This document shows positions 51,435-62,869 of a stretch of DNA of 64,000 nucleotides, piece after piece. A program made the translations under genes and the position numbers. The first letter of the stretch is position 1, and every line of letters starts with the position of its first letter. This DNA comes from Utricularia gibba (lineage: Eukaryota > Plantae > Magnoliophyta): NCBI GenBank assembly GCA_002189035.1, contig NEEC01000017.1, positions 186,001 to 250,000 on the forward strand. Direction: 5' to 3'. Under the pieces are notes generated by a model. The model saw only the letters and a list, made by a program, of their open reading frames with translations, was not told where the DNA came from and did no database searches.

Positions 51435-53245
51435 ATGCTTACTTCCAAGAAACTCCAAGTTCGGTTTACAATCCCAGAGACGTACAATCAATGGGACAAG
51501 GCAAGCGATGAGACAATTGACGGTGTGGTTCCACCCAGGGTGGGAGTAACCGGATTTTCGGTGTCCATCGAACACTTTCGGGGTGGACTTCGCTTGCCAC
51601 CACCACCATTCATATGTGAGTTGCTGGCATGTTTGGAGGTCCCATTGTCCCACCTGACACCCCGCTCAATCGCTCATGTGCTGACCTTTTTGAGTGTGTG
51701 CATGGAGGAACAAATTACTTTGGCCCTACCAGTTTTTTTTGCCATAAGTGTGTGTATTCAAAACCGGAAAACTAATCATTTCTCGTTGAAGTGTAAGCTA
51801 GGTATTGCACTTGTGAATTCTATTCGAAGTGGATATGATGCATGGTGGACAAGCTTCATTTGGGTGTGTCCACCGGAAGACCTCCGAATTTCAACTACTC
51901 TCGGCTCCTTCAAGAAAATTGAAAAGGCAAAGGGTAATGTGTAATGTAGTATGGTTGCATGGCTAGTGTACTATGATTTATGATATTCGATTATCCATAT
52001 TGTAGGATTTGATAAACTATCGAAGGAAGGGGTGGATGCCTTGTTGACTATGTTTAGTGAAAAGAGTAAGGCTTTGAGTGACATAGTACCCCCCGTGGTG
52101 GACGCTGCCGGTACTCGCCACTTCTGGTGTGGTCAGGGAAGAGTGATACGTGAGCGACCAAAGCCTGACGACATGATCATTGAGGAAGAGATGTCACTAG
52201 CATTTGCATCTGATCGACAGCGGGATGTAGGGAGCAATGTGGAGGAAGACAACCCGCAACCAACTACTAGTGTGGATGTGGACTGAATTATGGAAGAGAA
52301 TGCCCATCTTTGTGCAAGGCTAGATTGGTATGAAAGTAGGTGGGCATACACTAGCCCCAGTTCATTGCCCCAGCAACAAGTGCGCAAGCTCCTTGTGTTA
52401 GACGTTAATGGAGTGCTAGCAGACATTGTCTTCAAAGCCAAGTACCAAAGGTTGCATCGGAAACCAGAATGTGTGATATATGGGCGAAATAGTAAGACAA
52501 CTTAACATTGTCTCATGGCTGTGTCATGTTCAACCAATCCATTAGTTTTTCTCGCTTGGCAGTCTTCCTCAGGCCCTTCGCTCGTGAGTTCATCTAATGG
52601 TGTCTTGTAAACTTTGATGTAGACATATGGTCTTCAAGGGACGCGTAAGTCCCACTCCACGAAATCTACAGTGCATGTGCTGCTATCTAATGCTCTAACA
52701 TGTGTCTATGTTCTATAGTGCACAACTACATGAGATCATCAAGTGGGTGTTTGGGCCAAATGCAGACACCTCACTGGCTTTCATATGGGATGTATCCAAG
52801 ACCACTGAAACGCATGTATGTGTGCATGATGATAGGTCAAAAGCTGCTGTGTTGAAGGAGTTGTTGCGGGTTTGGGGGGAAGATGAAGGATTCTTGGGTC
52901 GGTATGATGAAACCGACACCTTACTTATTGGCGACTCCCCATTCAAGTCCATCAGAAACCCAGTTAAGTCAATCTGTGATCATATGGACTGGTACGCATG
53001 TTTCCTACTAACACTTAGGCCATGGTCTTATTGTGCCACACCATGGCAATGCTATCTTCCCGACGCCATACCAGTACATGGATGTAAGAGATGTTGCGTT
53101 AGTTGAGTGTGGAGAAATACGCATATTCCTTCAAGGTCTACTAGAAGCAAATGATGTACCAAGTTTCATGAAGCATGTACGAATTGGATAGCCTCCGTTA
53201 GATGCTAATAACCCACTATGGGATTATTACAAAGTTCTTGCTTGA
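51435..53245 (+). pseudogene. Harbinger-borne third gene: Transposase_28-like domain fused to an FCP1/NIF-like HAD phosphatase domain
   Basis: Exons 51435-51933, 52006-52491, 52563-52644, 52719-52962 and 53042-53245 splice in frame (1515 nt; the last acceptor reads AC, so exon 5 is inferred). Motifs HFRGGLRLPPPPFICELL...SHLTPRS, RKLLVLDVNGVLADIV, IFLRPF...FDVDIWSS, TLLIGDSPFKSIRNP, NAIFP. Three nonsense codons. Confidence 0.85.
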
Positions 53246-53409
53246 ACATTCATAGCATGTAACAATGGTTTGAATTTCGAAACATTATGATGTTACTCAC
53301 TCTACTTTAATCATGGATTTGTCAATATACATTTGATAAATTAAAGTAAGTAAATATATGTTCTCAAATAATATATTTGAGAACATATTATATGCATACT
53401 TTAAAATAG

Positions 53410-53850
53410 ATGATAATATATATGATGTTACTCACTCTACTTTAAAATAATACCTTGAATTAATATTTTTATTAGCATACGATCCTTAGGTATACTTTGG
53501 ATCGAGTGCATATTCATTTATTTTAAATCTTAATTAGCGTTCGACCCTTAAGAGCAATTTGAATTGTGTATACCTAACAAGGGCACATGGGCGTGGTTTA
53601 TGCGCACGCCTGTATGCATATACAGCAGCACCACAAGGTCACACGGGCGTGGTTTATGCATAAACCACGTCCGTGTGCCCTTGTTAGGTATACACGATCC
53701 AAATTACCCCTAAGGGTCGAGCGTTAATATTTATTTAAAATAAATAAATATCCACTCGACTCGAATCACACCTAAAGATTGAATGATAATAAAAATATTA
53801 AAATAAAAAATATACGCTCAATCCGAATCATACCTATGGATCGAATGCCA
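53410..53850. repeat. Second fold-back module downstream of the cargo gene, with a perfect 22-bp palindrome
   Basis: CGTGGTTTATGCATAAACCACG at 53648-53669; arms homologous to the inner part of the 48925-49590 palindrome. Confidence 0.85.
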
Positions 53851-54250
53851 CACACATGCAGTCAGATGGTGCATCGATGCCAGGCATCGGAAGTGCATAT
53901 TTGCGGTGCCTAGAAAGATTGGATGCATGCCTTTGAAAGGGCAATCCAGTGTAGTCAATACTTCACACCTAACAAGCGGGAGGTCGGGCTGAGTGTCACA
54001 CACATGCAGTCAGATGGTGCATCGATGCCAGGCACTGGAAGCGCATATTTGCGGTGCCTGGAAAGATTGGATGCATGCCTCCGAAGGGCAATCCAGTGCA
54101 ATCAATACTTCACACCTAACAAGTGGGAGGTCGGGCTGAGTGGCACGCCACACACATGCACTCAGTTGGCGCATCGATGCCAAGCACCGCAAGCGCATAT
54201 TTGCAGTGCCTGGAAAGATAGGATGCATGATAGGCACTGCAACCTTTATT
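53851..54250 (+). repeat. Tandem repeat, ~150-bp unit, about 2.6 copies
   Basis: CACACATGCA-x-TCAG-x-TGG units start at 53851, 53999 and 54151. Confidence 0.92.
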
Positions 54251-54483
54251 TGCGGTGCCTAGAAAGGGACGAGTCCTGCTGTTCTGCTTTCTATAGGTTA
54301 CACCTCTTGATAAAGATATTTGGTTACACAAACTGAAATCAGATATCAACTACTCATGGCAAACATGTAAAGCGTAATATTTTCACTCAAAGCAAAATGA
54401 TCGTCATGATACATGGACATCATAAGTGGATATGATCAAAACAATAAAGGAAAAAAGGAGGTGTAACAAACATCATAGACCAA

Positions 54484-55550
54484 TCACAATCTCATCCACC
54501 AAACCTCACGTTCTGCACTATTGCTGTCCAAAAAATGCTGTAACTTTATGGGGTTACTCAAGATGACTTTAGTTACTCCTAGACACTGCATTGTAGTTAA
54601 TTGTAATGACATCCCTTTGATGATGTTTGCAGAAGCATTTCGACATTCCCGTAGGTCATTGTTTTCAGCAGTCAGAATTTCTCCCGATTGTGCGATGGCA
54701 TCATTTGTTCGCTTACTCATTTCTTTCAACTCCTCCACCAAGGTATCAAGTTTTGGACCTTGCCTCCTCTTCTTCTTCCTAGGTTCATTACCACTGATCG
54801 GTGTAGCGTGATTACCTATGCGGCCTCCAGGAGTCCCTCTTGATGAGGGATACTCTTCATATGTAGAGGATGCATCATGTGATCGTTGGTCACCATTTTT
54901 TTCTGAGTTAATTTCCACTTCAGGATACTCAAGAAGATGCACTGGTTGTTCCAAACCAACCACAGAGTCATCAGCCTGCTGTGTTGCATCAGCAGCATCA
55001 GGGACACATTCTGCAAATTCTCCAATGGCTTTATCTTTACCGAAGATGATGCACCAATTTGGATAGTAAGGCCAACACTTAAACCACAACAAATTGTAAA
55101 CCTTTTTATTGTGTTGTACATGTAATCCATAAGTGTACATTAATAATCTCACAGGAACTACCTACTACATATACATTAGAACAACAATACCTGTTTGAAC
55201 TCCACCCACAAATCCTCACTAGCATCTACCATGTTTGTTGAGTTATCATACCTGGTACCTGACTTGTTGAGAAAGGCATATAGGGCATTGTAATCTTGTT
55301 TCTAATTATGAATCTTTCATTACATGTGAGGAGTGCCTCTTATATTTGAGTTGGGACACAATTTGAGGAACGCTTCCTCTAGTGCTTGAAGGTAATTACC
55401 TTTGAATCCGTCCTCTGCTTTCCACCCATCTTGAATGATATCCTTTAGAGCGTGGATTAGAAAGCGCTCTTCATCAGGTTTCCACTGTCTTTTGGTCTTA
55501 ATGTTATCATCACTTCTCCCACGTTTTGTTGTAGGCACGTTTGCTCCAAC
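54484..55550 (-). pseudogene. Harbinger Myb/SANT-like ORF (copy 2), pseudogenised
   Basis: KRQWKPDEERFLIHALKDIIQDGWKAEDGFKGNYL; WPYYPNWCIIFGKDKA; stops near 55311-55322; C-terminal frameshift relative to copy 1. Confidence 0.9.
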
Positions 55551-56160
55551 CATTTCTGCAACCAACATATAAGTGTGCAACCCATGACAAAACCATGACG
55601 CACGTGTAGCTCAATATGGCACCGGAAATATAACAACATTATATGTGTTTCAGGGGCACAATTCACAACCATATTACTCAAAAAACATCACGCACACTAA
55701 CACCCAGTCGTTCAATCCATGTGGTTAAGGTCATTCAAGTGGCAAATGAAATAAACGCCACAAATTCGAGAAAAAAATACCTGGTGCATCACCCAATACC
55801 CAATTTTTCGGTAGATCAAACTTGTTCCCAGAGTTACATGAGTCGAAGATCCATGGATATTACATCGCAGATCGAGGGTTTTGAATTCCCCAATCTGTGA
55901 GTCTCATGTTTCTACATGTGAGGTCAAAATAGGATAATATGATATTATATTATACATATATGGTATGTTAGAGAATTCATCTTTTCTAATATTGAGAAAC
56001 TATATATAAACCCTTCTAACAAATATAGAAAATTAATAATCCCACATTATTGAACCCTATCTATTAAATACATACTTCATTCTAAATCATTATTTATGAG
56101 ATACAATAAACTAAAATAATCTAAATCCTTTTAATTTAAACCCATCTAACAAACGAGGCC

Positions 56161-56312
56161 TTAAGGTTTCGAAAGCCTGTTAGGTATCATCATTCTATGA
56201 GAAATTATCCTTTTTGAAGAGCTTAGTAAATGGCTTGCTTATATTACCATAATTCTTGATGAATTTCTAATAATAACACACAAGACTAGAAAACCTCTTA
56301 AAGCCTTAACAG
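56161..56312 (-). pseudogene. Ty3/gypsy RT-RNase H connection fragment
   Basis: VKALRGFL...YY*KFIKNYGNISKPFTKLFKKDNFS*NDDT*QAFETL matches GFLGLTGYYRKFIKNY...AFExLK. Confidence 0.8.
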
Positions 56313-56925
56313 AAAAATTTAAATTATTAAAAATCAATTTGAATAAAATAAATTTAAATTATAAATTAAATATATTTTTTAGTGAATATTAATTATGTGA
56401 AATTATTTTTTCGAAAACAATTGATAAAAAGTTACAGATTATACATGTATAATAAAAAAAAGTTTGGATTACATGTATATTAATTATGTAAAAAGTTTGG
56501 ATTACATGTATAATAAAAAAAATAATTTAAATGAAAATATAATATCCTATTTTAACACACGTATTTTGTATATTGATTTCAAGTAGGTATTTTGGGGGAA
56601 AAAAGTAATTGACAGGATTATTATGTCAAATGCACCCAAAAAATTCCAAATTATTTTAACTGCTCTGGGTGGTCCGAAAACCGAACATTTGACCCCTCGA
56701 AGAAACGAGGAAACCCTAACTTCCCAGAGTTTGACCTGGCGATTGCTTCCGATCGGTAAGGATCCTAGGATTTCAAGCGCATATGATAAGAAAATTTGAA
56801 TTTCACTCTGGAATTAAGAATTTCTGTAATCTCGAAGTGGGTGCTCGATTTTTCCCCTTTTTGTCTTCCTGCATCGTGTTCTCATTGATGCCAGCAAGAA
56901 AGTCGAGATCTTGACGTGTTGAAGC

Positions 56926-58386
56926 ATGGACGAGATTGAAAGGTGGATGGATGTGGGTTCAGTAAACAATTTATGCGTGAAATGCAGTGAAGGGGAAGAT
57001 TTGTTGATCTGTAGCTCCACAAAATGCCCTATAGTTGTTCACAAAAGATGTTTGGGATGTCCTGCTTCATTTGATGGTGATGGAAACTTCCGTTGCCCCT
57101 ATTGTGTGGCCGTGTTAGCGGAGGAAGATTTACTTCGAGCAAGAAGAGAATGTATTTCTAAAAGGGACGCTCTTGTGACTTTTATTAGGCTACAAGCGGT
57201 CGGAGGCACAAAGGATTCCGAAGAATATCACATGGATGAATCCAATAATAGGCCCAAGCATTCAGAAAATGGTTCAGAAAAGATAAATGGTTCATTATCC
57301 GATGGCAGTAAGGGTAGAGACCATAGCGTTGAAGGTGAAGAATCTTTACGTAAGAAACAAAGGACTAGGAATGATGTGGAAGGAAGAACTCGGGAGGATG
57401 AACCTGGAACTTCTTTGGGTCATGTCTACTCGGCTGAGGTGACAAAACATAAAGCTATTTATGCAGATGTAGCGAATTCACAAGAAAAGGAAATTCCTGT
57501 TTCTAGATGTGAAACCATCCCAGAAGACAAAAACATCACCTATCCAGCTTCTGAAGATCAAGGATCTTCACTCAAGAACAGCAAGGATCAAAGTATCAGC
57601 AAACACCCCGGTCAAGACCTTTCGATTATTGTGTACAGTACTCCTCTAAATCCCCAAAAAATATCCTTCAGGGCACCAGCTTCTGTAGAAAATGAAAATG
57701 TTTCTAGCTACAGGTTTGATCCATCGGCAAGTGCAGAACAACAGCCCACTTCCTCATTGTAAGTTGCTGAATATTACAGAACGTGCTTCAATTGCTGATC
57801 TGACAATTTGGGCTTATAATCACCTTGCAGAGATACTGATTTTTTGGTAACACGGAAATCCAAGAGAGTTATGTGGAGATTGGAAGAAGTAGAAATGTTA
57901 AAGGTGAATTTTTATACACTGGTTTGCTTGAACTGACGTATTTTTGTATTACAAGGAGTCTTATTCTACTTTTCCTTCTTATGTCAAGCATTTTAGGGCT
58001 AATACGCATTTTACGTGCTAATAGGAGCTAGGAGCTTCACGTCATTTTTCTTTGTGTTGTGAGTGCAGAAAGGAGTGCAGGAATTTTCTAGAGAACACAG
58101 AAATATTCCGTGGAGGAAAATATTGGAATATGGACATGAAGTGTTTGATGTGAATCGTACTCCAAGCGATCTCAAAGAAAAATGGAAGAAGGTTTCAAGT
58201 AAGCTTCCAATATCAGAACCAGAATATACCGACATTGATGAAGCCGAGCACATTCAGAACTTTAGTATCATGCCTGATCTTGTGACACAGTTTAATGATG
58301 CTTCTTTTGAATTGTATTGTGAGGCTGGCCTTTTCATCTTACAACCTTCCTGTTTACACGCATCTGCATCACTGCATTGCCCATGA
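56926..58386 (+). CDS. PHD-finger + C-terminal TRF-like Myb/SANT protein (At1g01150/TRFL10-like family)
   Basis: CVKCSEGEDLLICSSTKCPIVVHKRCLG...FRCPYC (PHD); WRLEEVEMLK-KGVQEF...IPWRKILEYG...RTPSDLKEKWK (Myb). Exons 56926-57713, 57831-57903, 58069-58386. Confidence 0.85.
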
Positions 58387-59442
58387 TCTTGTCGTGCTCA
58401 TTGAGTTCGCATTATGTTCGAAATATTTTATATTGAGGCCTAAATCTCTTTTTTTGTAGAGGCATAGCGGTAGAATGATTCGCACCCTCGTGCATTCTCT
58501 GAGTTCAGCTAACCGATGGTGGATCCTCGTGGTGAAATAGGGCGAGCATGAACGCTTGTTGCATTGGGAATCAAACGTAAGCTAGGATCCTTGAGAAGTC
58601 TAAACCATTGTGCCTGTTCTTTGTTTGGCGCCATAGCTGTGGAGTTTTTGTAGACTGCATTTCGTATACATGATGAGGCCTGCGTGTACTTAAACAACCT
58701 GATGTCCTTATCCATTAGATTAAGCATGTGAACATTTGTTCTGTCCTCTTGTCTGAGGGAGGTGCTTCTGTTTATAAATGAATTTAAGAACATCTACCAC
58801 ATGCTCTGATAACACATTCTGCCCTCCGAAATGTTCCATTTAATTTAACTTTTTGTGAGAAGGTAACATCAAAATCAAGTATCTATTCCAGTGTAATTCT
58901 GTGCGCAAGCGACGTATGCTACCCACCTTAGAATATTTTTTGGGCTTAAATTGTTCAACATTACGACTTCTAACCAACCTCTTTCTCTGTTTCTCAAAAA
59001 TATTATACTACTGGAACCACCTGCAACAGACCTGATTGCAGTATGGATCAGCATTCAACCGCTAACAAATCTTGAAATTTTGGTTTTCTTGCAACGTATT
59101 CTTGGGCACCCACACCCTACAGATGCATATGAACGGTATACCTACCGTTTGTTGGTAGTTGCGTCAACTGTCATTGGGGTTGGAAGTGGAGTAAGGGTGA
59201 TTACTCACCAACCCCCACCGGAAGGTAAAGGAAACGGAAGAAAAAAAAAAAGGGATTCACTAGCCACCGTTCTTGGGGCAATCCCACTTGCAATTTTGCT
59301 CTTTAGGTTTTGATGATTTTTGTAAAAATGCATAAGCTTTTCACTTGATTTGTACCTCCAAATTTGTAAAGATTCGAGCTTTTTGATTCCCAGATTCTCT
59401 TTGAAGTCGTCGACTTTGTGATCTCTAGGTGTTTAGTGGTAA

Positions 59443-61824
59443 ATGGCGGGTGGCGTACCGCACACAGATGAACAGGTGGTTCTGAGTCCTGAGAATTCAT
59501 TCAGCTCCTGTGTATGTTCATGTCGAGCATTTTTTTTCATCTTCTCTTCACTGGGTTCTCTTTGTCTCAGGTTATTGTTACTGAGGAAAAGGGTCATGTG
59601 AGAATCCTGGTGCTGAATCAGCCACGAAGGCTGAATGTCATTACTTTCGATGTGGTACCGTGATCGGTTCTGGTTCTAGTTTTGTGAAGATCATGCTCCA
59701 ATCTTTTCACTGTTTAATAAGTTTCCCAAGCCGTGAAATAGGTCGCTTTGCTAGCAAAGCATCTGGAGGTCTGGGAAAAGGATGATGATGCTAAACTTGT
59801 AGTGATCAAGGTGAATTATTCACCTTCGTTGTCTAAATTAGCCTCCAACGATACTTGTTTCTGTGAAACTGCACAATTTTGCAGGCTGCACCCGGTCGTG
59901 CTTTTTCAGCCGGCGGTGACCTGAAAATGTTTTATGATGGAAGGGACTCAAGTAGGTGGACTAGAGCTGAAAGAATTGAACTTTCTTCTTTGAAGCTTAC
60001 GTAATTCTGATTCTCATCTCTCAGAGGATTCAAACCTTGAAGTGGTTTACAGAATGTACTGGCTCTGCTACCACATCCACACTTACAAGAAAACTCAGGC
60101 AAACTCCCAGCGACTTGCACCTTCAGCAGGGATGAAATAAGTCCTTGTCAATCAGCTAACCAATTTCCTGTGTTCAGGTTACTCTTGCTAATGGAATTGC
60201 CATGGGCGGTGGTGCATCGCTGTTGGTCCCAATGAAATTTTCAGTTGTCACAGAAAAAACGGTAAGCCACTCTGCATTTGTATGTTCTGTTCAGAGCGTC
60301 CCTCCCTCCTGATATATTAACATTGTGAGGCAAGGTTTTCGCAACACCAGAGGTGAGCGTTGGATTTCATACTGACTGCAGTTTTTCATATATCTATAAT
60401 CAGCTCCCCGGGAGCCTAGGTAACCTCTTCAACCAACTCCCAACTCCAGAGATTGTATATGCATATTATTGAAGGCAAATACAATCTGTGTATGTGAAGC
60501 TTGCTCGTGAATTGTGTGGCCTAATAAGAACACCTTGTCTGAACACAGGGGAGTTTTTGAGCCTAACAGGGGCGAGGTTGAATGGTGCAGAATTAGTGGC
60601 AGCAGGGCTTGCTACTCATTTCGTCCCGTCTGAGGTAAAGAAACTGAGCATATCTGTCTCTCATGCATCCCAAATCATTCATGTGATTGCTTTGTCCTAT
60701 CTTCTCTGCTAGAAATTACAAGAACTGGAGAACTGTCTCCTCAGTTTGGACAGTGGTGATGAAGAAGTCGTCAAAGCTGCCATCGAGCAGTTCTCTGAAA
60801 AAGCTGAGACAGACGAAAACAGCATCCTCACCAAGTAATGTTCTCCTTCTTTCAAATGAAATACATACACGCAGAACCTACGACGAATCTCATGGCATGC
60901 ACACAAAGCTATGCGATTTCCGTAGGCGATGGGTCTGATTCCTTAAGATGGGCATCTTGTTTTTACATGCAGGAGGGCAGTAGTTGATGAATGCTTCTCC
61001 AAGGATACTGTGGAGGAAATCTTGGCATCCCTTGTGAGCTGACTCCCAAGAAAAATTCATTTTTTCGACAACCTCTGCACTCCAAGCAATGATGTTTCTG
61101 TTTCAGGAAGCCGAGGGGAGCAAAGAGGGAAATGGATGGATCGCTCCCATTCTTAAAGGTTTAAAACGTTCATCTCCAACAGCGCTCAAGATTACTTTAC
61201 AGTCGGTAATGGCTTTCCCAGACATGCTGAACCTAAGATCCATCTTTTCTTCATGAATCTTAGATGTGAAATGTGTATAAACAGATTCGTGAAGGAAGAA
61301 AACAGAACCTGGGAGAGTGCCTCAAGAAAGAGTTCAGGATCACAATCAATATTCTTCGTTCCTTGATCTCGACTGATGTTTACGAGGTGCTCATTAAGCT
61401 AAGTGCAGGGTTGAGGTCTCGTGTGTTTTCATTCTTGTTTTGGTTTCATTTTGTAAGGGTATTAGAGCCGTGATGATTGACAAGGTCAATGCACCCAAAG
61501 TCAGCCCTCCTCCATCCCTCCTCTTTCTCAAGATGTGACGATGCATTGTAAGTAGTAAAAACTGTTACTGCAGTGGAAACCAGGTAGCCTTGAAGCTGTA
61601 GAGGCACTCAAGATAAAACAAGTGCTGGAGCCGTTTGAAGAAGAGCTGGAGGAGCTTAAGATTCCAGCAGGAGATGAATTCAGGTGGGATTTTCCTCATC
61701 TCAACACATGCATTTAAAGCGACTGGGATGTGATGCTGCCTGAATTTACAAACTTGCTCCGCTGATTCACAGGTGGGAAGGAAAATACGAAGACACTCCA
61801 CATGCAGCAGCAGCAGCCAAGTGA
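59443..61824 (+). CDS. 3-hydroxyisobutyryl-CoA hydrolase-like protein (crotonase family, At1g06550-like; multi-exon)
   Basis: LNQPRRLNVI, RAFSAGGDLKMFY, NGIAMGGGASL, VFATPEVSVGFHTDCSFS, GEFLSLTGARLNG, SSPTALKITL, DVYEGIRAVMIDK; end WEGKYEDTPHAAAAAK*; one GC-AG intron. Confidence 0.93.
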
Positions 61825-62869
61825 AGATGGAAGTTTGCGGAGACTTACTGCATTTCTTTCAACCTACTGCTGAACGCCCTTCTGGTTTCGATTCCATCTC
61901 CACTGCTGGTTCTGTAGCATTAACAGGGCACCATAACGTCTAATAGTAAAAATGATTTTCCAAAGCAGTCGGTTAACTGAAAGTTAAAAACCAAAGTGAA
62001 GCCTACTTTTAAGATTAAATTGTGAAATTGGATTCATTCTCAATCAATCATTTAGATAATGAACAATGCCAATGATTGGTCAAGATTATTTGACAAATTT
62101 TAATGACTGGTTGAGAATATCAAAAATTCTAGCTGATTAGTCGAAAATGCCAAAGAGTCTTGCGTAGTCATCAAGAATTTTGAACGTTCTCGATCATTAA
62201 TTGAGATTGTTAGAGAACATGATTTAAAATACAAAAAAGAAGATATAAATGAATTTTTAATTTTAAATGCATCTATTGAATGTAAATATAAATAAATAAT
62301 TCTATAAAAAAAATTATAAATAGAGAAGTGTGTTAGTATACGAGTCTGATTGTTCAACTTTTGAATCAAAATCCAAGCCTATATCAACCAAAAAATTACA
62401 AATGTAGAAGTATTTATATGAGCTATGATCATAATAATCCTATCTTAAAAGTTAGATTGAGATTTAAATTCAAAAAAGAAGCTTATTTTTGTATTTGTCA
62501 TTGGCACATTAATAATCATTTTTAGTTTTGTGTGAATGAAATTAAATCAAAGCATTTAATACTGAAATGCTACTCTACTCCAGCTATGCAATGTAACTTT
62601 CACATTCGTTTCTATGAATCGAATAAAGACGGGATTCAACAATTCAAAGTTTTTTTAGCCACTGTAGAAGTGGAATAGAGAAAAATAAACATAGAAACAT
62701 TTTGATAAGTTTCATTGGATGAGAATTAGTAAACTAAATCTGAAATTTACAAGGTAATATTTTTATAGTATTTTGTAATATTTTTTTCATTTTTTATTAA
62801 TATAAATTAAAATTTTAAACATATTTACGTATGTTAGAATTGATGTAATTAAAGTAATAACTAAGATAC

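Larger units (their letters stand above)
48799..56160 (+). mobile_element. PIF/Harbinger copy 2 (transposase deleted; carries third gene and nested solo LTR)
   Basis: Same TIRs as copy 1 (GGCCTCGTTTGTTAG at 48799; CTAACAAACGAGGCC ending 56160); collinear with copy 1; flanked by TTAA on both sides. Confidence 0.95.

Noticed and set aside
58461-58510. tRNA D-arm-like GCATAGCGGTAGAATG
   Set aside because: No TTCGA T-loop or acceptor stem.
58670-58756. C/D snoRNA-like spacing (ATGATGA ... CTGA ... CTGA)
   Set aside because: No terminal stem and no convincing rRNA/snRNA guide complementarity identified by eye; a snoScan run would settle it.
58951-59313. 120-aa ORF upstream of the HIBCH-like gene
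   Set aside because: TTG start, overlaps the promoter region, no domain recognised.
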